The position numbers were made by a program, and so were the translations under genes. A stretch of 59,573 nucleotides of DNA, counting the filler, from Jimgerdemannia flammicorona (taxonomy: Eukaryota): NCBI GenBank assembly GCA_003990765.1. It is 3 parts of 3 records of this genome, joined end to end, with 100 filler letters (N's around TTAATTAATTAA, not from the genome) between each part and the next. Parts side by side here need not be neighbours in the genome. Positions count along the whole stretch, not along the records: positions 39,785 to 59,573 come from RBNJ01001851.1; 2 more parts are not named here. One strand, given 5' to 3'. The notes beneath the pieces are model-generated. The model worked only from the letters and a program-made list of their open reading frames with translations. It made no database searches and was not told the DNA's origin. This document shows, one piece after another, positions 51,801 through 59,573 of this stretch. The stretch's first letter is position 1. Every line of letters starts with the position of its first letter.

Positions 51801-51870
51801 ATGGGAACTCAAGACCAATCTCCAGAATGCTACTGACTTAGTTCAGGAATATGATTCCTTGAACAACTAA
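45840..51870 (+). pseudogene. pol: A2 gag-pol (gag, CCHC, dUTPase, protease, RT, RNase H, integrase, chromodomain)
   Basis: Knuckle ~47685-47730; AGYDLY and GGVIDKDYIGEI 47865-48060; MIDS ~48478; VYIDDILVFS ~49527-49556; VTTDVSDLALGAVL; IVSDQDPKF; EEYEVEQIL...YLVKWKGY...TWE 51703-51810. Stop at 51870. Confidence 0.94.
47800..48215 (+). pseudogene. dut: dUTPase domain of family A (between gag knuckle and protease)
   Basis: TAGYDLYAAEE, SSLVLKG, EGGVIDKDYIGEI, IAQILF, GSKEFGSS. Confidence 0.9.
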
Positions 51871-52299
51871 AACTGAATATCCAATACCTATCAGTATATA
51901 CTATATATTATTCTCCTGAACATTATAATTATCATGAATAAAATCAAGAACTCAGTAAGTCAAGACAAAAGAATATCGACCCTCTGGAAAAAACAGCAAA
52001 ACTGAAAGCAAGCTTATTCTCTCCATACCACTGGTGGGAAATGAGGTATAGACATTTAAGAAGATTCCTTAGAGAAAATTCTCCAGTAGTGAATGATCTC
52101 AGAATCACTTCTGATATATAGCATCGAATATACAACCCTTTAATATGTAAATCCAATATATTAGGCAACTGTACTATGAGTATACTACTTTCTGAGAAAA
52201 TTAGACTTTACCAGACTTTTGATCTCCCAAATGGTGTAATAATACTAGAACAAATTAGAAGGCCCTGACAAGGATGTTGAAAGCTAAGAAGGAGAGAGT

Positions 52300-54373
52300 T
52301 ATAAGTATACAATCTCTAAGCCACTGAAATCACATGATACCCTCTGAACAAGCCACCAAAATCACATGCGACCTCCAAACAAATCTGGAAATCACCTGCA
52401 AGATCACAAAGCTGAGTCAAACCAAAGTCACAGCATACAAAGCTGAGTCAATATGAAGTCACAAAACACAAGACTTATACAAACAGGATCTTACTAATTA
52501 GGACCAAATGTATATATACTGAGCACTAAGATATATTAAAATAGAGAACCAAAACACAACAACCACAACTTCTAAACATATACAAACATAACTACTGAGA
52601 TCTATAACCGCATCTGTGTTGATATTTGGAATGCCATTGTCAACTGAACCATACCCCCTCTGCCCCTCATGAATATCTATAGCCTAGCACCCCTCTACTT
52701 TGTGGAAGCCCAATGGAATGCCCTGAACATACTTAGTAAGGCCCACTGAATTGGACAAATCTCAAGCTACTACCAGATTGGCCACCTCCTAGAAGACATG
52801 GTCGAACACCACTATGATATAGACATTACCCAGATATCTTAACACCAGAAGCTTATTGCCTGCAAATATTAAGAACTCTTCTATAAGTATAGTACCTTTA
52901 TTCCCCATCTCTAAGTTACTATCAGTGAAATGGTCACCACTCTGTCCTATGGCCAAATCAATGACATAATCTAAAAACTCAACCACAAGTACCTCAAATA
53001 CATTCAGACCACAGATAGAACCTTCTCACACCCCAACGACCACATTCTGCAAATGCCTTAAGTCAGATATATCATGAAAGACATCTATAATATAATCCAA
53101 TTTGATGAAGATGAAGTAGAAGACAATAATCTCTCTGATGCTGATATGACCTCAAGCCAAGGATCTCTGCTAACTCTGATCACTCTACCAACCTTGCCAA
53201 TGAACTTACAATAGTTTATAATCACCTACGAGATCTATTAGGACAATGATCACTAGCATAAATACTAACTCACATTCACTCCTGATTACTTCAACTATAA
53301 TGAAGAGACCAGAGAACATAATCTGTACCTTCAGACAACTCTCGAGATTGAATCAACCACTCTACTACCTAAGTATGAGTAATATGAACCACAACCACCA
53401 GCTTACTACAGTCCTGTGACTCATAGTGCTATAACCTATAAAAGATATACAGATAGCGAATCTGATGAAAGTGAAGATAATGTACCACTCCTTCACCCAC
53501 CAATATCTTACCCAGCATATGAGACAGATGATGCTATCCTGTGGGATAGTGATGAAGTTCCAATATATTATTACCTCAGTGAATAAGGAGAGTTAATCTG
53601 TGAGCAACTCTTCTTAGATAAATACTTCATCAGAGATGAAGTCATCAATAGTGATATTATTGAAGACTACTCTGATAGTATCTAAATCTATAGATAGCTT
53701 AGCAGTCATAGTATAGTTAGATTAGCCTTGTATGATATGACTGTGAACTGACTCAGCAGTCAGACAATCTCTTGACATGTCAGATCACACTTATACTATG
53801 TAACTGCATTCTGACTCAGCAAGGTACTAAGTGCTACATCTATATCTAGCATAGTCCAGATAGCCCCTCACTAGTATAAATACCCCCTCTCCCAGACCTC
53901 AGAATCTCAGACTTGAACAAACTTGAACAATCTGAACATAACTTCTGAACACTTCTCCACAATATCCCTTCACACAACTACTCCTAGTATAGCAATATCA
54001 TGAATAGCAAATAAACCTATTTAATAACCTACAAATTACTCTTAAGTAAATCTACTCCCCATTAGGTCCCACTCCTAACTTCATCACAAAATTTCCTAAT
54101 TGGGTATTGTCTGCAGCAATATGCCAATTCAACTAAGCTGGTCTTAGTTTCTTGAACTTCCTGAAATATGGAAAATCCTGAACATCCAGAACTAGTTTGA
54201 AAAAGAACTTTGGTTGAGATGTTAATCTGATCTTGAAATCAATAAGTGTAGAGGATGTACTCTATATGAAATTGACCTTAACCTTAAGAAAACAGTCTTT
54301 CAGAATATTCAGAACTTCCAGAAACTCCTTCCAGAACTACATAATGGTTACCCTAAAAAGCAACCCTCTTATA
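52300..54373 (+). repeat. 3' LTR of A2 (2074 bp), contains accessory ORF 52588-53685
   Basis: Direct repeat of the 5' LTR; follows the PPT. Confidence 0.95.
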
Positions 54374-54578
54374 TGAAGAGGGAAAAGAGGATAGTTAGCT
54401 AGAGAAAAAGGAGGAGATAAAAGTATTCCAAAAGAAGAATAAATCTGAAAGTTTGGGACAAGCAACTGGGAAAGATAAAGGGGAGACAATATAAGGAACC
54501 ACTCAGAGCACACCAGAAGCAATAACAGAATCTGAGAAGAGATGGGGATACTGGGGGAGAACTACACCAGGAGGAAGT

Positions 54579-55784
54579 TTAAGAGCAAGAGGCCTTCTCC
54601 TTCTCTCTGACTTTTTTTGAAGATAGTGAGCCCAATAAATAGGAGCACATTCTATCAGAGTACTAGACCTTGTGGCCACAGGCTTTTGTGCAGTCTTTAT
54701 ATTCAGAAGCATAGGTAGAGGAAGTAGAGGAGGAGCTGGCAGAGGAGGCAGAAGGAGAGTGAGCAGCCAAAGGGGCAGCAGTGCAAGGAACATCACCATG
54801 GAGGCAGACAGACTTGACCAGATGCCAATAGGCATGGTGGAGGTGACTGGAGCAGACAGCACAAGGCCAAGCCTCAACAGGGTGAGAACCAAGTTGGCAG
54901 CCATGCTTGGGGGTGGGGGAAATAGAGGAGGAAGTCTTGGCAGAAGAGAGGGACTAAAAAGAGGCTGACAAAGCCTGGTTAGGCTTAGCAGAGATCTTGG
55001 CAGGGGCCTTGGCAGCAGCAGTAGTGAAGGAATGGAGCTTGGTATGGGCAGCAGTATGAGTCTTAGCACAGATGGCCTCAGAGACTGAAATCTCAGAGGA
55101 GGCAAGCAGGGGAGCAGTGGTGGCAGTATAAGCAGTAGTAGTAGTATGTGACATTTTCTGCTCATGAAGATGAGTGACAAAAGAGATACCAGCAAGGAGG
55201 AAGCAACAAATAGTATTGATGTTAGTGGTAGTAGAGAGAATATCTTGGATAGCAAAGCTACAGAAAGGGACAGTATTTATAAGGCAAGAGAAGGCAAAGG
55301 CCACAAAAGTAATACAGATATAGTAGAAGAAGGCAGAGGCAGCAGCAGCAGAAGTAGCAGCAGCATCAGCAGCAGCAAGCTTAGTGGTGGCAGTGGTGGC
55401 ACAAATCTCTTCAGAGAGAACTTGGTAGCAAATCTCAGAGAGAATGGAGTAGTAGATGGCAGGCAGAGCAATGATGTCAATATCATGGCAGAGACAAGCC
55501 TCCTTGGCAGAGAGGGCAAGAACTGACTAGAACTGAGAGAGGAGTAGATGACCAGAAGGATGAAGATCCAAAGGGAGGGACAAAATGATAGATGAGATAT
55601 AGGTCTCAAATGAGACAGTGGCAGAGACAAAAACAGGAGGAGGAGGAGGAGGAAGAATCTCATCTATAACCTTGTCAACAGAGACAGAGGCCTCAAGGGC
55701 AGATGGTATAGCAGTGAAGAAGGAGGACCCAGCAGGAGCCAGGGGAGCAAACCCAGAGCCAGTATCAAAGTGAATAGAAAATAT
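54579..55784 (-). pseudogene. ORF1 of the Penelope-like element (~400 codons, Ala/Ser-rich)
   Basis: Single frame including track ORF 54954-55304. Start MSSIHFDTG lies inside the terminal repeat (ATG intact in the other two repeat copies). Confidence 0.5.
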
Positions 55785-56536
55785 ATAGAAGAGTATATAT
55801 AAGGGGGATAAATAAAGAATGTAACTGAAAATACATCAGCTATTTATTGTCATGTAAAAATATGATCCTTATATATAAAATATAACATCCCAAAAGAGAG
55901 AACACACTACAACTTAGGATGAACTGAATTAGAAATCACATGACTGCTGGAGATAAGTAGAGATAAAGAAGGAGTCAATCCCAGTTATAGGATAAAAATT
56001 ACAAATAAATACAAATAAAACAAATCCAAATTGAGATTAAAAAATATCTGCAGACCCCAGAGAGGTGAGCATGAGTGAGGGGTGAGGCTGAAACAGAGTG
56101 AGCCACAGTGAGTCCAAGTGAAGTGAAGGGCCAAAAACAGTAGAGGAGAGCAGAGTAAGGCTGAGACCCTGGAGTGAGTGTGAGACTCTAGAGGGGGTAA
56201 GAATGTTTTTTAATCTTGATTTGGATTTGTTTTTTTTATGTTTGTTTGTGATTTTTATCCTATAACTAGGATTGGCTCCTCCTTTATCTTCACTTATCTC
56301 TAGTAATCATGTGGTTTCTAATTTAGTTTGCTTTGTTGTGGCACATTCTCTCTTTTGGAATGTCATATTTTATATATAAGAACTATATTTTTATGTAGTA
56401 ATAAACAGCTGATGTATTTTCAGTTACATTCTTTATTTGTCCCTCTTATATATACTCTTTTATATGTCTTCCATTCACTTTGACACTGGCTCTGAGTTTG
56501 TTCCCCTAGCTCCTGCTGGGCCCTCCTCCTCTACCA

Positions 56537-59500
56537 CCTCTCTCCCACTACCAACCCTAGTGGGTACACTCCCAGCTGTACCTCAATCATTCTCCAAAAG
56601 TCACCCATTATCTCATACTCTTCTAATCAATGTTCAGGAGTCTGTATTACTTCTCTCTCTTATCTGTCATTTAGATACTCCTCATACTTCTAGACACTTC
56701 CTTCTACTAAGTAATATATATGACCAGTAGTTCAACATTACATTATACTATAGAATTTGTCACCATGCTATCCAGAACTTAAGGAGAATCTATCTTACTA
56801 TCTGCTTGCCTCACAACTAAATACTGTTCTAGTCCCACTCTTCTCCAATCTCCACCCTCTGCCATACCTTAGGCTACAGATCTCTCTTATACTCCCAAAG
56901 ACACTCCATACTATCCTCTAAGCAGAAGTCAACTACTAGTGCTCTGCCTAATAGAAAGTGGTCCCACCTCTACATCTGGGGTCTCCATTCCTCCTCCCCC
57001 TCATCACCCTACTATCAGAGGCCAATCTAGTGAGCCCCATCAACTATCTCTTACCAGAATCTCCTATAGAATATTTTCTGGCTCCTCTCCAAAGCCACTA
57101 GTGAAAGAAGATCCCTAGTTATATTATGGGAAGAGAACCAGGTCTCCCACACTCTCTGTATAAGGGGAAACCACTCTCTGCCTCTTAACTTGCTTACTTA
57201 CTTTAGCCACTATACTCTCAAGCAATGAAGATACTTGGAAAAATTTACCAGACTCAGGCCTCTCTGATTTACTGGCCAGATTAACACCTCCCAGCCAATC
57301 TGACTCCATTGCCCTGCCCATATCCAGGTCCTGGCCATCTTCAACAATCTCTTGACCACCTATGCTAGAAAGTCCAAGTGGTACTCCAGGTACCACAGCT
57401 TAGGCAGCCAGTATATATTCAGTATCATTACTCTCTTAGCTAGAGATATATATATAATGACCACTCTACTCCAAGAAAGTACTCTTCTACTTCACTAACT
57501 GCTGCTTCCACTATCTGTAAGATAATAAAAAGCTATATACTGAAAAGTAAATTCCCAGATAGCAAACAGTCTCTCCTATAGGGATAATTATCCCCACCTA
57601 CTATTCCTCCTCCTAATACCAAAGTCTCATACTTATACCAGTTGAGCTTAACACCTGAGCACTCTCTCATATTACTCTACTATATATTTCAGTACTATCA
57701 TATCTTCTGCTGACTCTAACCCAACTACCATATTATTGACAAAGACCCCCACCTTCCAATTAACCTCCAGAATCCATCTTTCACTATATTCTATTCAAAA
57801 GAAACTCTAAGGACAATATATACAAGATTAGTAATAGTGGATTCCTCTGTAGCACTCCTCTGCTCAGAGAGAATAAAACCCCTCTATACTCATATATCAT
57901 AATTGCTATCTGACTCTCTTCCAGCAGACTGACCAAGGCTCACTGGACCCCAGAGAAGACCCCAATACACTTTAGCACTCCTTTCAATCACACTCACCAG
58001 ACTCTATCATAGGCCTTCTCTTGGTTCAAGAAAATCAGCTATCTATTTATCTCAGCAGTATGAGCTCTCTCAATAATACTATGTACTCAGACTGTCTTAT
58101 CTCTGATCAGATATCTCTCTATAAATTCTCTCTGCTCAGCCCTAGAATCTACTGAGTCACTCTCTGTAGTCTAGCTATTAGTATCTTTGTGACCAGCTTG
58201 CAATCTATATCTAGAAGTATGATTGGCCTCTAGTTTTTCCACTCTTCTCTCTTTCTCTTATTCTTAAACAGCAGAGCCACAAGACCTAAGTACTGCCCTC
58301 CAATCTACTCTCCTGAGCTAATAATTTATTACACATTACTGTCATTTTCTTCAGAATTATCTTGACTTCTGCTATCTTCTTCTAAAAATTCCATAGTAAG
58401 TTATCCTCCTCTAGTACTATCTCTGAGCTCATTATCACTAGTATCTACTGAATCTCTTCTCCTTAGACAGTCACACCAAGGTTGTCTAAGCCTGCTGCCA
58501 GATCAGGATACCATTTCTCCAAGTATCTGTCAATGTCTAGCACCCCCACCCCCCCTTCCTCCTTATTCCACAATTACTCTCACTGTATACTCAACTGGTT
58601 CAAAATCTCTAGAGTACCAATAGTCAACTCCCCTGCCTTATCCAATACTCCCTTCTATCTCTGCTATACTCTCCTCATCTATAAAAGATGAGACAAGTAC
58701 TTCATAGATCTCTCCCCCTCCTCTAATTTCTGCTACCTCAGCTGAGCCACCATACTCTGTATCTGTAGGTCTTCTTCCTGCCTCAGCAATCTCTTCAACT
58801 TCTCTACCTCCAGCCAAATCTGCTGGATCCTCCAATTCCTCTCTTTATCTCTAGAAGACCTATCTCACTTGCTTCCTTCTCTAAGCCCTATGTATCCTTT
58901 CTACCCCCTCTAATAATATTATATATCTGATTTCAGCCTCCTTCAGTAATCCCCAACTGGCAATTCCTTCACCTGCCATCTCAGTATTCTGAAGCTAATG
59001 TCTGTTATCTATATATCTTATAAAGAGACCTCTCTCAGTAATGAGATATTCAAGTACTAATATTCAGGTTCCTCTCCACTTTCCCCAAAACTCCCCCCTC
59101 CCAGAAGACTCTAGTGATCAGACTACAGATATCAAATAGTTTCCAAAGACTGTCAGATATCAATACTTTAGTATTCAGCAGTTAACATCCAGTCAATCCT
59201 TAAGCCCAATTCTGTTACTCAGTGAATATAGACCCTATGATTCCTCTACTCAAGTCTCCTAGCATCTACTAAGAAACTCAGATATTCAACCTCCTCCCAG
59301 GCTTCTATCTTCTCACTCCAACCAGCTATTCCCCTTTCTATCTATCTTTTTATCCTATATTATATTAAAGTCTCTACCTAGATAGTCAATTTCTACCTCT
59401 ACTAATGCTCTAGACTCTAGTAGCCCTTGAATCTATTCTACTCTCTCTCTCCTTTTCACTAGACAATAATATGACCCAACAGTCAAAGACCTCCAGCCTG

Positions 59501-59573
59501 GTCTCTTCTAGACTCCCCACACCACCTTTCTCCTCTAATGTCCAATGTCTTCCAAGTCTCCCTTACTTTTCCT
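56537..59573 (-). mobile_element. Decayed L1/Tx1-like LINE ORF2 fragment (continues beyond the window)
   Basis: VGVFVNNMVVGL ~57715-57755, FLNQEKAYD ~58005-58035, NWRPIILLDID ~58205-58240, SDH ~59115. Confidence 0.83.

Larger units (their letters stand above)
43768..54373 (+). mobile_element. Ty3/Gypsy chromovirus family A, full-length decayed copy A2, TSD TGAAG
   Basis: tgaag at 43763-43767 and 54374-54378; two LTRs; PBS from 45820; PPT aagaaggagagag 52286-52298. Order gag-dUTPase-PR-RT-RH-IN-chromodomain. Confidence 0.97.
42541..56534 (-). mobile_element. Tentative Penelope-like (endonuclease-less) retroelement with direct and inverted terminal repeats, interrupted by Gypsy A2
   Basis: ~500-bp direct repeats 42541-43042 and 55714-56214; inverted arm 56201-56534. 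RT C-terminal-like SIPFLDLFISL...NH...YP at ~43390-43625; Ala-rich ORF1 54579-55784. Confidence 0.5.

Noticed and set aside
54620..54900. Cys/His cluster in the Penelope-like ORF1 as a zinc finger
   Set aside because: Many TGY/CAY codons are likely deaminated Arg (CGY). It cannot be called from one copy.

Overview
Eukaryotic (most likely early-diverging fungal, Mucoromycota-like; inference) repeat-rich window with two 100-nt scaffold gaps. Most of it is nested, C>T/G>A-eroded retroelements. There are three Ty3/Gypsy families, each with a dUTPase. Family A is a chromovirus with ~2.05-kb LTRs (full copy 43768-54373, TSD TGAAG; partial copy 232-4086). Family B uses a tRNA-Pro PBS (6562-17097, TSD ATAG). 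Family C has two old copies (4087-19486, 26030-30960). There are also several L1/Tx1-like LINE copies, a hAT-type foldback MITE (26985-27550) and a tentative endonuclease-less Penelope-like element (42541-56534). Two intact intron-containing host genes sit in CpG-retaining islands: a signal-peptide/kelch/TM protein (31594-33587) and a TMEM42-like membrane protein (40342-41138). The most interesting signal is a shared accessory gene of unknown function in two otherwise different Gypsy families. In family A it is a 365-codon ORF inside the LTR U3, same length in all three LTRs. In family B it is an ORF coupled to the integrase stop by an ATGA overlap. Their N-terminal regions align almost without gaps. 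All translations and alignments were done by eye and need computational confirmation.
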